From contig CAWEJX010000020.1 in assembly GCA_963809485.1 (NCBI GenBank), forward strand, positions 448,001-512,000: a DNA stretch of 64,000 nucleotides. The letters run 5' to 3'. This stretch comes from an uncultured Acidobacteriota bacterium. GTDB lineage: Bacteria; Acidobacteriota; UBA6911. Every line of letters starts with the position of its first letter. Within the stretch, counting starts at the first letter, position 1. Made by a program: the position numbers and the translations under genes. The notes under the pieces were generated by a model. It was not told the origin of the DNA. It searched no databases and saw only the letters and a list, made by a program, of their open reading frames with translations. Of this stretch, positions 40,354 through 51,433 are shown piece after piece.

Positions 40354-41206
40354 TCGCGGATCACCTCCATAATGGGTATACCCTATTCTTAGGACAGAAA
40401 AAGGGCCTATTTGAGGCGGAACGTTGCCTTGGTTTCGACAGCCATAATTGGCCCCTTTCCGGAACTGTATTTTGCCTCACCTATATTATTTATCGTCATC
40501 CCGTCTCTTTTCTGCTTTTTTGCTTATTGCCTTTTTTCGCAAGCACGCCAACGAGCGGCGTAAAACCAAGATTTTCTGCCGGGGCGTTCGAAACCGGCCT
40601 CGTAATAGGGCCGCTATTGTGCGATTTACGGGCAGAGCATATCCAGGAATCCCCGATGCGTTTGGATGCATATAGAAACCGCCCACCGCTGGGGGTGGGG
40701 ATTTATATATGCATCCAAACATCGAGCCACATTGTCTTCTTTTAATTCATCAACGCTGGGGATGTAGACGGGCCAGCATCGGAAATTCGATGGCGGGGGC
40801 GATTGAGCTATTGCGTTCGGCATTGGGGCTTCCATACAAGAGACTGCCACAGGGTGTTCATGGACGTGCGTCTTTTATAGTAGGTGCAGGCTGGAATGCT
40901 TTACTGAATGCCTCGTGCCGATCCACGGTGGTATTTCCCAATTGAAGCGATACCGACAGACAGTCTGGAATGAGCGATACGAAGTCGTGGATATTGGATT
41001 TCTAGTGGGGCACAAGGGCCATCAAACAGTATGCCAAAGCCAGGCAATCCAGTTCTGTCATCCAACCTTTTGCTGAGTGCCTGATCATCCCTATATAGTT
41101 GATATCGCTTAATTTATCGAGATGAATTCGTTGGAGAATTTCTTGGCCAAATGGACCCCCAAAAGAGTTAGTATTTTAAACATTGACTGTAACTTATTGA
41201 TTCTGT

Positions 41207-41252
41207 TGGTGAGCCGTGAAGGAATCGAACCTTCAACCTACTGATTAAAAGT
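41207..41252 (-). other. 3' half of tRNA-Lys(TTT), att-like scar
   Basis: Reverse complement ACTTTTAATCAGTAGGTTGAAGGTTCGATTCCTTCACGGCTCACCA. The 5' half is absent. Confidence 0.82.
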
Positions 41253-41519
41253 TATATATTTTGGGGTGCTTCCGCAATCTACTGTTGGCGGTCTGTCTTT
41301 ATCCAATTCTGAGCAAAGCACTTATGTTCGTTTTAACGCGAGGTCAGAATCGGTGAGGTCAAAACCGGCTATAATATTCTGTGCTATAAAGCTTTAGGTT
41401 AATCCCAACAACACTCAACGACGGAAGCACCAGAATCAGCTCCATGCGCCGGATCGCGAACTCTTCGAATTCCGGGATTTGTTCCACCGACGCCAGCTTT
41501 CCCGAAACAATTCCCGGAC

Positions 41520-42003
41520 TTTGGGGGACGTCGCTGAAATACGGGCACGAATTCACGATGAGGATTACCAATAAGAGTGCCTCGGCGAAGAAAGTCTTGA
41601 TGTATCATCACGGGCGCGGGAGCCAGGAAAGCGTTTTCGGAGAATTGAAATCGCATAGCCAATTGGATTATGTCCCTGTCCGCCACTTGTACGGCAACCA
41701 GCTTTACATGATCGCTGCGATTATGTCCCACAATCTGAACCGGGAATTACAAATGGCGGCTTCCCCTGCTGACCGGGGTACGACAACAAAGCGCGCTCCT
41801 TTGTGGCAATTTACGGAATTAGCAACTTTGCGCCATAGGTTATTACAAAGGGCCGGACGGTTATCTCAACCAAGCAACCGGCTTACCCTGACACTCAGCG
41901 ACAATGAAACTGTTAAGAGTGAAGTCCTTCATTTTATAGAAGTCCTTGCTCAAGCAGCCTGACTTGATATATTCTCTTTACATCGTTTTTTGCAACGTTT
42001 AGG
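41520..42003 (+). mobile_element. IS1380-family transposase C-terminal remnant with right end
   Basis: HHGRGSQESVFGELK, AHN/SHNL.REL and TLRHRLLQRAGRL motifs. Ends TTGCAACGTTTAGG. Confidence 0.7.
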
Positions 42004-42075
42004 ATGATCTGTGACTACAGTGTCTCATCTTCACCCTGCGCGGGGCGAAAAGCGGACCAACTAAAGGAGATTGAG

Positions 42076-42630
42076 ATGAAACCAAGGGCTTTCATGGGAT
42101 TTTCCTTGGTAATGGCGTTAATGATCGGTGTTTTTGCCCCAATGGCGAAGGCGCAGGATAATTCTCCTTCAAACCCTGCTGCCATAGGCACGCCTGTGAA
42201 GTCAACTCTGGAACTCGGCGGAGCCTACGACATCGTCATTACTGTCCTGGAAATCGTGCGCGGCAAAGAGGCGCTGCAGCGCCTGAAAACAACCAGCCTG
42301 AGCAACAAGGAGCCGAAAGCGGGCTATGAGTATCTCCTTGCCCGGATCAAGTTTGAATTAAAGCCGAGAAGTGTCTCGGACAAAAGGAATTTTATTCTCG
42401 GCAGTCTGATGCAGTGGGTCGCTTACTCTTCGGATTTAAAAGAGTATGAAAGCGTTTCGGTTGCCGTGCCCAAGCCGGAACTAACAGGTGAAGCGGAGCC
42501 AAACAAGGCTGTGGAAGGTTGGGTCGCATTTGCGGTCGATCAGAAAGATACCAAGCCGATCATGACCTTTGATCCCGCTTCCGGCGCTGCCACGCTGCGA
42601 GGGAAGATCCTGTTCTTCAAGCTTTTTTGA
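42076..42630 (+). CDS. Secreted DUF4352-like Ig-fold protein
   Basis: AAGGAG RBS, signal peptide, PKAGYEYLLARIK and VEGWVAFAV. Confidence 0.7.
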   Translation: MKPRAFMGFSLVMALMIGVFAPMAKAQDNSPSNPAAIGTPVKSTLELGGAYDIVITVLEIVRGKEALQRLKTTSLSNKEPKAGYEYLLARIKFELKPRSVSDKRNFILGSLMQWVAYSSDLKEYESVSVAVPKPELTGEAEPNKAVEGWVAFAVDQKDTKPIMTFDPASGAATLRGKILFFKLF

Positions 42631-42827
42631 GGAGACGGAGGGGAAGGCTCGCTCCATACTCCTTCACAATCCCATGGCTGACTTCCGACTCGTGGATGTC
42701 AGCCATGCCATGTCGCCCTGGATGGGAAGTCGGTAATATTAGCTCCATCGAAGCCCGATCCGAGCCGTTGCTTTACTCGATCTTCCACACTTACAATCAG
42801 AACCATTCATCCAGCCGTAATCCATTC

Positions 42828-43300
42828 TGTGCCTACCAGAAACTCCATCTGAACCGCAAATATTGAACTTACAGAATCAAGCTGATAGCCTCCCAATTCA
42901 TGTACAACATCCTGACTTTGTTTTTCTCAGCCGTCTTCGTCGGCTTTCGATCTCGTCTCGTTCTCCAAACCGAAATCCTCGCTTTGCGACACCAGATCAT
43001 CGTCTTGAAGCGTTCCACCAATCGCCCCAAAACTCGATCTTGGGACCGATTCCTCTGGATCGGGTTTCTTCGATTTTGGCCTCAGTGGCGCTCGGCCCTC
43101 ATTATTGTCAAACCCGAAACTGTACTCGCCTGGCATCGCAAAGGATTCCGCTTGTTTTGGACCTGGAAATGCCAGCACGGCAAGTCGGGAAGACCCGGGA
43201 TTCCCAAGGATGTCCGTGAGCTTATCCGCACGATGAGTAAAAACAATGCCCTCTGGGGAGCCCCTCGAATTCATGGTGAATTGCTCAAGCTTGGAATAGA
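42828..43300 (+). mobile_element. Integrase-core (IS481/IS3-like) transposase N-terminal remnant
   Basis: EILALRHQIIVL, IVKPETVLAWHRKGF and GRP..N.LWGAPRIHGELLKLGI, truncated before the DDE core. Confidence 0.8.
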
Positions 43301-43486
43301 GTTGCAACACAGGTTCGCTGTTTGATCTCCTTGTTGAGCCGTTCCAGGAGGTTTGCGTTCTGCCGTCTGATGCAGCAAGGGATCGCTTTGTCGCCGATGG
43401 GAGGCAAGGTTTTCGTGATCAGCGGCTCCATGCAACCTATATGGGTCAGGGGAATCCAATTGCATATCCCAATTTATAATTTATTG

Positions 43487-43583
43487 GTTTGACTTCAGAA
43501 TTGGATTTGGCTACCGTAACTCTCAGCTAGTATTACTCAGCAGAATCAAGAGAATGAATCACCCGCGTACCAGAGTTGGGAGG
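43487..43583 (+). promoter_or_regulatory. Orphan sigma70-like promoter/leader/RBS module, copy A
   Basis: TTGACT-17-TACCGT, leader ending GGGAGG, ungapped similarity to 44257-44353. Confidence 0.5.
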
Positions 43584-43746
43584 ACGATTCCCTCTCAATT
43601 CAGGATAGCTATCTGAGGGTCGATAGTATCCCGGCGGATTGAAACCGACAACGAAACATGTCAGCTATGCCAAAGACCGTGCGCATAATACGCTGTGGCT
43701 CAAGTTCCCTTCCCCGTTCGCTCCTGTTTGTCGGTGTGGCAGCAGG

Positions 43747-44745
43747 TCAACTACTACCTCCTGGAAGGCGGTAGCTTGGGAGGATGTCGATTACAAATCG
43801 ACTGACATCATGAACTGGCACATCTTCCTGTTCGTCAATGTGGGCGGCAACCACCTCATCGGTCAGATTCCCGATACTGACTGCCAAGTATCTCCTCGCC
43901 CGGAACTGACGCCCCCAGAACATGCTCCTCAGGTTGACGAATTCTTGAAGCATTATTCTGGATCTGATTGCAAAGCGATCGGCCAGCCGCCTCTGCGGAG
44001 GCGCGGAATGAGGCCGCCGGTATGGAATGACGGAGCAGGATTCGAGCTTGTGTAATAGAAAATCTGATTTACGGATCAGTATCCGATCTGCGCGAATGGT
44101 CGAAGGGACGTAAACAATCATCATGAAAGGAGAGCCGGCGCATTATAATGGTGCGACTGCAACTCGTTCTGGAATCCCTGGAAACCGCAAGAATCCGCGC
44201 CGGAGTCATTATCTGAGTGCGGCACTCTTAATGTTGCAAACTGTGCGACATTTTTCGTTTGACATGAAAATTAGATTTGGATAAGGTAACTCTCACCTGG
44301 CATCACCTAAAAGAATCAAGGGAATTAATCACCCGCGTAATAGAGCTGGGAGGGTAATCTATGACGCCCCCAGAACATGCTCCTCAGGTTGACGAATTCT
44401 TGAAGCATTATTCTGGATCTGATTGCCTTCAGCCTTTGCGCAATCCTGCTCACATCAACATGAGGCCGGTACGCGATCAGAACGTAAATGTGGTCGCTGG
44501 CTACCTTGCCGGACAGGATTGTTATCTCGTGTTCCTGTGCTATTTGCCGGATGAGGTCGCGCGCACGAATCGCGACATCTCCCGTCGGTGTCTTCCTTCG
44601 ATATTTTGGAATCCAAACCAGATGTACCTTCAAATCGTGCTTCGTATGCGCGCCCGGTTAGTATCGTTTCATGGGACTACATCGACACGATCCTATTCTT
44701 CGCCTGCGAGACGAGGGGTTTCCATCATCCCCAGGGGGGACACTA
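43747..44745 (-). mobile_element. tnpA: Dead IS200/IS605-family element (tnpA split by an insertion)
   Basis: MKRY*PGAHTKHDLKVHLVWIPKYR, DHIYV and FWGRQF.AR.Y segments, terminal hairpin-type ends near 43750-43780 and 44700-44745. Confidence 0.82.
44257..44363 (+). promoter_or_regulatory. Orphan sigma70-like promoter/leader/RBS module, copy B
   Basis: TTGACA-17-TAAGGT, GGGAGG, then ATG at 44361 that runs straight into antisense tnpA DNA. Confidence 0.5.
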
Positions 44746-44943
44746 AAGCAATCACGGTACGATAACTGTGGTGATTCAAAATCTGGGGGGGTACTCGATA
44801 GAAGAAGTTGCCATTCAGGCACGCAATTTTTATGAAGCAAGGCGAAAGTAGATGTCTTGGGCCAGCCAAAGGATTATGGGAAATCACTGGTTTTCTGAAA
44901 TCAGAAAAGATTTTTAACGATTTACTTGAGGAGAATATGTCCC

Positions 44944-47900
44944 ATGAGATCAACAATCACTGCAATTTGTTGTTTGCTCGTTGTTGCCGGAGCGGCGATT
45001 GCACAAAGCGATCGGGGCACGATTACGGGAACAGTATCCGATCCCGCGGGTGCTGTCATAGCCGGCGCCGGGATTGAATTGAAAAACATCAATACCGGTG
45101 CCGTGTATCAAGCGCAAAGCTCTTCGACAGGCAATTACACGATCGGCCAATTGCCTGCCGGCAAGTACCAAATGTCGTCCTCGGTGCCCGGATTCAAGCA
45201 GTTTATAAGAACGGGCATCACGGTTCTGGTGGCGCAAACCTTGCGCATCGACATTTCACTCGAGGTGGGCGCCATCACCGAGACTGTCACCGTCAATGCC
45301 GATGCTCCCCTATTGAGGACCGAAAGCGGCGAGTTGGCGACACAATGTCGCTGGAAGTACTCTTAATGAGCTTCCCATTCTGGGATTTTCGGGATACATT
45401 CGCGATCCCTATGCCGCGGTGCAGTTGATCCCGGGCGCGCTCTATGGCTCCGGCACCATACGCATGGTTGGGGCACCCGCGAACACGCAGGGTATTCGGG
45501 TCGAGGGCCAGGATTCAACCAACGGATTGTTTTTAAATATGACGATGTTCAACCAACCGGGTGCGGATGCGGTCGAGGAGATTGCGGTTCAGACCAGCAA
45601 CTTTGCCGCCGAATACGGGCAGGCGGGGGGCGGAATGCTCAATATGACCATGAAATCCGGCACCAATAAGCTGCACGGAAGCGCGTACGATTATTGGTAC
45701 AACGAAGCATTCAACGCCAGTTCGCCGTACGGAAGAAAGGACCGTCAGCGCCGGCACGACTACGGTTTCACGGCAGGGGGGCCCGTTTATATTCCCAAAG
45801 TGTACGACGGGCGCGACAAGACGTTTTTCTTTTTCAACTTTGAGCAGTTGCGGGAGACGAGTGTCGACAACAACACCACGTACACGGTTCCCACCCTGAA
45901 AATGCGCCAGGGAAATTTCAGCGAGGTGTTTACCGGTGCAACCGTGACTACCGCTGATGGAGTCAAGACTATCCTACAAAACCAGCTCTACAAACCCGGG
46001 ACGGAACATACCTATATCGGTCTTGACGGAAAAAGCTACCTAATGAGAGATCCGTACCCAAACAATGTGGTTACGGACCCGTTTGACAGCGTTGCCCTGG
46101 AAGTCCAAAAGCTGATTCCCGAACCTGCGGGTCCTTATAAAGACAACTTGACCGACAATTATCTTGTTCCATGGGATAAATACAACTACAGGACTATTCC
46201 AAGTGTAAAGATCGATCACAACTTCGGTACGCGCTCAAAGCTTTCAGGCTATTGGGCGGCTGTGCGCAATAGCTCAAATCAAATTGACTGCGATGCTCTT
46301 TACTTGATCAGTCCCGCTACAGCCTGCAGGGTTTCGGTTACTCGCACTCAAACGGTGCGTTTGAACTACGACTTTTCCCTGACGCCGACAAAGCTGCTGC
46401 ATCTCGGCGCCGGCTATCAGGTCGTGCGTTTTTATCAAGACCCCCGCCCAACCCTTCGATCAGCAAAAGGAACTCGGCCTGCCGCAGCCGAAGGGAGCAG
46501 ACGCCAAATACTTCCCCCACTTTACAGGGCTTTCCACGACTTACGGTGGGATGTTCGTAAACATCGTGGGCGTAGGCCCGGCCACTTTACAAAACCGGCG
46601 AATGGATAAGCCGACCGCGAATGCCAGCCTAACATGGGTCAAATCCAACCACACCTACAAATTCGGCGCGGAATTGCGCATCGAGGGGTATCCGACCCAG
46701 CTCGTGCAACCCTCCAACGGCCGATTTAGCTTTTCCAGCACGCAAACCGGAATTCCCGATTCTGCGTATGTCAAGACGCTTTCGGTGGGTTTCCCATACG
46801 CGAGTTTCCTTCTAGGACAATTTAGTAACGACTCGACCGGCGCAATGGCTACTCCGCGCGTGGGGAAGTCGTCGTGGGCTTTGTTCGCTCAGGACAGCTG
46901 GAAGGCAAGCCGCAAACTCACACTGGATTACGGATTGCGCTGGGATTACCAGGGCTATTTGAGAGAGACTTACGGCCGGATTGCGAATTTCTCCCCCACC
47001 ACTCCGAATCCCAACGTCGGCAATCTGCCGGGAGCCATGATTTTTGAAAGAAACGGTGTGAAATTCGCGGACGTTTATGCCTTCGCGTTCGGTCCGCGGT
47101 TGGGAGCCGCTTATAAAATCACTCCCAAGACGGTGTTCCGCGGAGGATTTGGCATTAGCTACGGGCAAACCGCCAGTGATAATGGGGCAATGGTAACTTC
47201 TGGCAGCGCCGCTACACCATACTCAGCTCCTTATTACGGTGCGGCATGGAGGATGCTGAACCAGGGAGCGCCGGAATCACCAACGGGAATGTACGTATGG
47301 CCCAATGTGGATCCCGGCTATTTGAATACTTCACCCACACCCGTAACAACAAGCGCGCCGCCCGCATGGGATCATAATGCGGGCCGGCCGCCGAGGCAGA
47401 TACAGTGGAGCATCAGCCTCCAGCGGGAGATTACCAGGGACCTGATGGTGGAAGCCTCATACATCGGCAACCGCGGCGCCTGGTGGGAGGGCAACGAACT
47501 CATCAACGTAAATGCGATATCGGCGGAACGGCTTGCCACCTTTGGACTCAGCCTTAACAATTCCGACGATAGAGTCCTTTTGTCCGGCAAAATGGACTTC
47601 CACGGCTGCGAAGAGCCGTATAAATCCGGTCACAAAGCTTCCATTCAGCACCCCGCCGTACACTGGATTCCCGACAGGCCAAACCGTCGCGCAATCATTG
47701 CGGCCGTTCCCGCATTTCGGACAACCATCAATTATAGATGGTCGCCGCTCGGCAGGACCTGGTTTGACGCGCTGCAAGCGAAAGTGACCAAACGGTATTC
47801 CCACGGGCTTGACTTCAGCAGTTCGTTTACCTGGCAGAAAGAGTTGGTCATGGGATCGGAAATAACGGGCACACAAACCGGAGGAACCGGCGGAGTCGTA

Positions 47901-48599
47901 AACAACGTGTTCGACCGCAGTGTCAACAAGTACATGTCGACCTATTCCCGGCCAATCGTATGGACCACCTCGCTGAACTACGTGCTGCCGAAGCTGGCAG
48001 TAAACAAGGTGCTGTCGATGGCGATTCGCGATTGGAGTATCGGCCTCGTTTTGGATTACTCCAGCGGCAGATTGATTCAGGTTCCAGCAGCTTCGTCGAC
48101 CAGCGTGACCTCCCTCTACACCTTCCAAAACACTTTCGCGAACCGGGTTGCGGGTCAGCCGTTGTTTCTGCGGACTGTGAGAAACGCTGATGGGACCAAA
48201 TCCACGATGCCCCTCGACACCCTCAATAACCGAGGCGCATTTGACCCTCTCACCGATTTCGTGTTTAATCCGGCGGCTTGGCAAGATCCGCCCGCAGGCC
48301 AGTATAGTACCGCGGCGGCATTTTACAGCGACTACCGGTACCCGCGTCATCCCTCGGAGAAGCTGAGCATAGGGCGGATCTTCCGGCTCGGGGAGGGCGC
48401 TACCCTGAGTATTCGGGCCGACTTCATTAACATACTGAACCGCATGGTATTGGGGGATCCCCTCTTGACGCGGACCCCTGCAAATGCCACCCAGAATTGG
48501 TCGAGCTCAGGCATTACATCTTCCGGCTTTGGACGCTACAACGCGACTGCCGCCAACTCGCAGCGCAATGGCTCCATAGTCGCGCGGATTCAATTTTAA
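44944..48599 (+). pseudogene. TonB-dependent receptor (Oar-like, carboxypeptidase-regulatory N-domain) with about four frameshifts
   Basis: AQSDRGTITGTVSDPAGA, NFAAEYGQAGGG, KSGTNKLHG, FAQDSWK..KLTLDYGLRWD, PRLGAAY, terminal ARIQF. Frame changes near 45345, 46445, 47600 and 47715. Confidence 0.85.
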
Positions 48600-48778
48600 G
48601 GTGCGATCTAAAATGCAAGAACTGCGACATCGCCAGCGGAGCGGCGCGGCGAGAACGATTAAAATATTCTTGCGCCCCTTTTTTCGTGCGGCCATTGAGG
48701 GGGAAAGGCCAGAAAAATTAAACTCATTTGCGGCTGCCAGGTGCGCAAACATGCAACAGGATAAGTGAGGAAATTGTG

Positions 48779-48826
48779 TCTTTGTGTCTTTCGACCTTCC
48801 TGGAAAAAGGTCGAAAGACACAAAGA
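48779..48826. repeat. 20-bp perfect inverted repeat (REP-like hairpin)
   Basis: TCTTTGTGTCTTTCGACCTT-CCTGGAAA-AAGGTCGAAAGACACAAAGA. Confidence 0.8.
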
Positions 48827-49047
48827 GAAAACTTTAACTGCAAAGATATTTTAAATAGGGAGATCTTTCGAAGCTAAAGGCTGCCCCGTGCTTTATGCAG
48901 ACGATGACCATTTTGCACTGGCGGCAGAGATACCTAATCATTGTCGAAGATTGGCAGTTATTTATCGCGATGTCTTGATTTAAAACCTCGTTGATTCGAA
49001 CTTTGTGCTCAAAAACTGATCGTAAATCGAGGCTAAAGAGCTCAGGC

Positions 49048-51057
49048 ATGAAAAGCAAAAAAAGCTTGTTTGTGATGATTTCACTTGTTTTTCTATTTCT
49101 TTTAGGCCTGGCGAGCTGTTCCACTGGCGTCAAACCTGCAAAAAACGGAAATAGCGTAAAACCGGGACAGTTTGTCGTTGGAGATCCAACGCTTATTTGC
49201 CTTGGGTTTGAATGGAGTATTGAGGGCGATGAAAACCGTAATGCCGCTGTGGCGGTCCAGTACCGCAAAAAGGGGACTGAGTCCTGGAAAGAAGGGCTGC
49301 CGCTTTTTCGCCTCCAAAATGAGGAAGCCGGCGGGAGTTCGGCTCGCACTCACGTGGTGCCCAACATGTTTGCAGGAAGCGTATTGGATTTGGAGCCTGA
49401 TACGGAGTATGAGTGCAGGTTTGAAATGTCCGATCCGGACGGCGTGGATGGAAATAAACAGGAGACGGCAACTGTGCGCACCCGTCCGGAACCCAAACCT
49501 TTCGCAGACGGACGAGTCTTTCACGCGTACCCGGCCGGATATAAAGGATCCAAAGAAAAGGAGGCCTTTACAGGGATTGCAGGGGCTTTCGGGAGAGCTG
49601 AACCCGGCGATACCATCCTCGTGCATGCCGGCGTTTATCAGATTGATCGCACTCAATACAATCTGCGGATGAGAATCGGAATGGGATCAGACGTGTTTGG
49701 AACGACCTGGTTTACCAAGAGCGGCACGCCCGACAAGCCTATTGCAATAAAGGGCGCGGGAGATGGCGAGGCCATTTTCGATGGGGGCGGCTGCTCCATC
49801 CTCTTCGATGTCAGTGGGGCAAATGATATATACTTCGAGGACCTTACTTTCCGCAATACCGATACGGCTATTTTCACGGGTGTAAGTAACCTGCGTGGCA
49901 ACAGCGGATTGACAATTAAGAGGTGCCGGTTTGAGGACGTATCCATGGCCATCTGGGGCACATACCAGGGATCAAAAAACTATTATATTGCCGATAACGT
50001 GGCCATCGGCCGCTTCAATCCGAAGGTAATGATGGGTCAGTATGGCAGTGACGTTATTCCGTATAAAAAGCTGCCCGGCTTTCCCCCGAAAATGAGCGGT
50101 CCCGGTGGCTCCTTCTATGGGATCACCATTGCAGGGCAGGGCCACGTTTTGTGTTACAACCATGTTGCGAATTTCGTAGATGGAATATCCCTTTTTCAAG
50201 GAGGCAGCGCGACAGCGACAAAAAACGGGGGGCCGCAATCCAATGTCGACTTTTACAATAACTTCATTTTTAATATGGCCGACAATTTTTTCGAAACCGA
50301 CACTGGCTCGCACAACCTGCGTGTCATGCGCAACCTTTGCCTCAACAACGGACATGGCGGCTTGAGCTCACAGCCTGTTTATGGGGGGCCGGCGTATTTT
50401 ATACGCAATATCGTTTACCATGTCCCGGATCGGGGAGCTATCAAGATGTACGCCAGGCCGTCAGGCGTGATTTTCTATCACAATACACTCTGCGGCGAAA
50501 TTTACGTCGGGCAACCCTCCGCCAATTTAAATGGCCTCGAAGGCGCTTCGAACATGCATTTCCGCAACAACCTCATGCTGGGAGAAAACCCCAATTCGAT
50601 GAGGAATTACCGTACCAAGGAATTTGGAGGTATTTACTTTATGGATACCTATACCTCCTATACGACTTCTGACTACAACGGATTCCGTCCCAATGAAGGG
50701 TATGAGGACCAATTCATGTGGCTCATACCTGCCGGCGGCGCGGTCCGCGACTATAAGAATCCCAGGGAGATGCGTTCCTTCAAAACTCTCCAGGAGCTCT
50801 GCAGTGCACTGGGACAGGAGTGCCATGGGATAATGATAGACTACGATATATTTCAGAACGTGAAGAAGGCGGATATAAAAGAATTTTCAAGGGTTTATGC
50901 GCGCGACGAATTGGATTTCCAGCTTAAGCCGAATTCCGTTGCCGTGGATGCGGGGTGCCCGCTTCCCAACATTAACGAGGGTTTTAATGGCAAGGCTCCG
51001 GATCTCGGGGCATTGGAGGTTGGGCTGCCCCTGCCGATATATGGACCTCGGCCGTAA
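49048..51057 (+). CDS. Lipoprotein with FN3-like N-domain and right-handed parallel beta-helix (pectate-lyase-like)
   Basis: Lipobox LASC, LEPDTEYE FN3 motif, PGDTILVHAGVY, SGT.DKPIAI, Asn-rich repeats and APDLGALE. Confidence 0.8.
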   Translation: MKSKKSLFVMISLVFLFLLGLASCSTGVKPAKNGNSVKPGQFVVGDPTLICLGFEWSIEGDENRNAAVAVQYRKKGTESWKEGLPLFRLQNEEAGGSSARTHVVPNMFAGSVLDLEPDTEYECRFEMSDPDGVDGNKQETATVRTRPEPKPFADGRVFHAYPAGYKGSKEKEAFTGIAGAFGRAEPGDTILVHAGVYQIDRTQYNLRMRIGMGSDVFGTTWFTKSGTPDKPIAIKGAGDGEAIFDGGGCSILFDVSGANDIYFEDLTFRNTDTAIFTGVSNLRGNSGLTIKRCRFEDVSMAIWGTYQGSKNYYIADNVAIGRFNPKVMMGQYGSDVIPYKKLPGFPPKMSGPGGSFYGITIAGQGHVLCYNHVANFVDGISLFQGGSATATKNGGPQSNVDFYNNFIFNMADNFFETDTGSHNLRVMRNLCLNNGHGGLSSQPVYGGPAYFIRNIVYHVPDRGAIKMYARPSGVIFYHNTLCGEIYVGQPSANLNGLEGASNMHFRNNLMLGENPNSMRNYRTKEFGGIYFMDTYTSYTTSDYNGFRPNEGYEDQFMWLIPAGGAVRDYKNPREMRSFKTLQELCSALGQECHGIMIDYDIFQNVKKADIKEFSRVYARDELDFQLKPNSVAVDAGCPLPNINEGFNGKAPDLGALEVGLPLPIYGPRP

Positions 51058-51075
51058 TCAACCCGAAAGGAATTG

Positions 51076-51114
51076 AGAGCTCTTGCGTCGTTTCCCAACG
51101 CAGGAGCTCTTTTT
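51076..51114 (+). terminator. Rho-independent terminator
   Basis: AGAGCTCTTGCGT-loop-ACGCAGGAGCTCT followed by TTTT. Confidence 0.65.
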
Positions 51115-51433
51115 GCTCCTGATTTGATGAATTGCATACAGTTACTAATCAGTTCATAGATAAGCCGACATAGGAATGGGCAACCCGAACAAAGCCAGCC
51201 ACGAATTTCACAAAAAAACGTTGTTCGTGCAGGGGCCGAAGGCCAGCCCGACGCTTAGTGGAATTCGTGGCAAGTTGTGCTTATGCCTGTCGATGGTTTA
51301 TATCCCATGAATGTCCCCTTACCAATGAACCGATTAGTATCCAAATAGTGACATCATAAAAGACAAACACGGTGCCGGCGTTGCTGGTAACATCGCGATC
51401 ACAGTGCAGGAGAGGATCCGAAAGGAGAGATTC

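Noticed and set aside
37665-41252. Functional tRNA-Arg and tRNA-Lys genes
   Set aside because: The D-arm and 5' acceptor strand are missing in both.
43985-44190. Group II intron or riboswitch in the insert within tnpA
   Set aside because: No convincing domain V or aptamer consensus could be recognised by eye.
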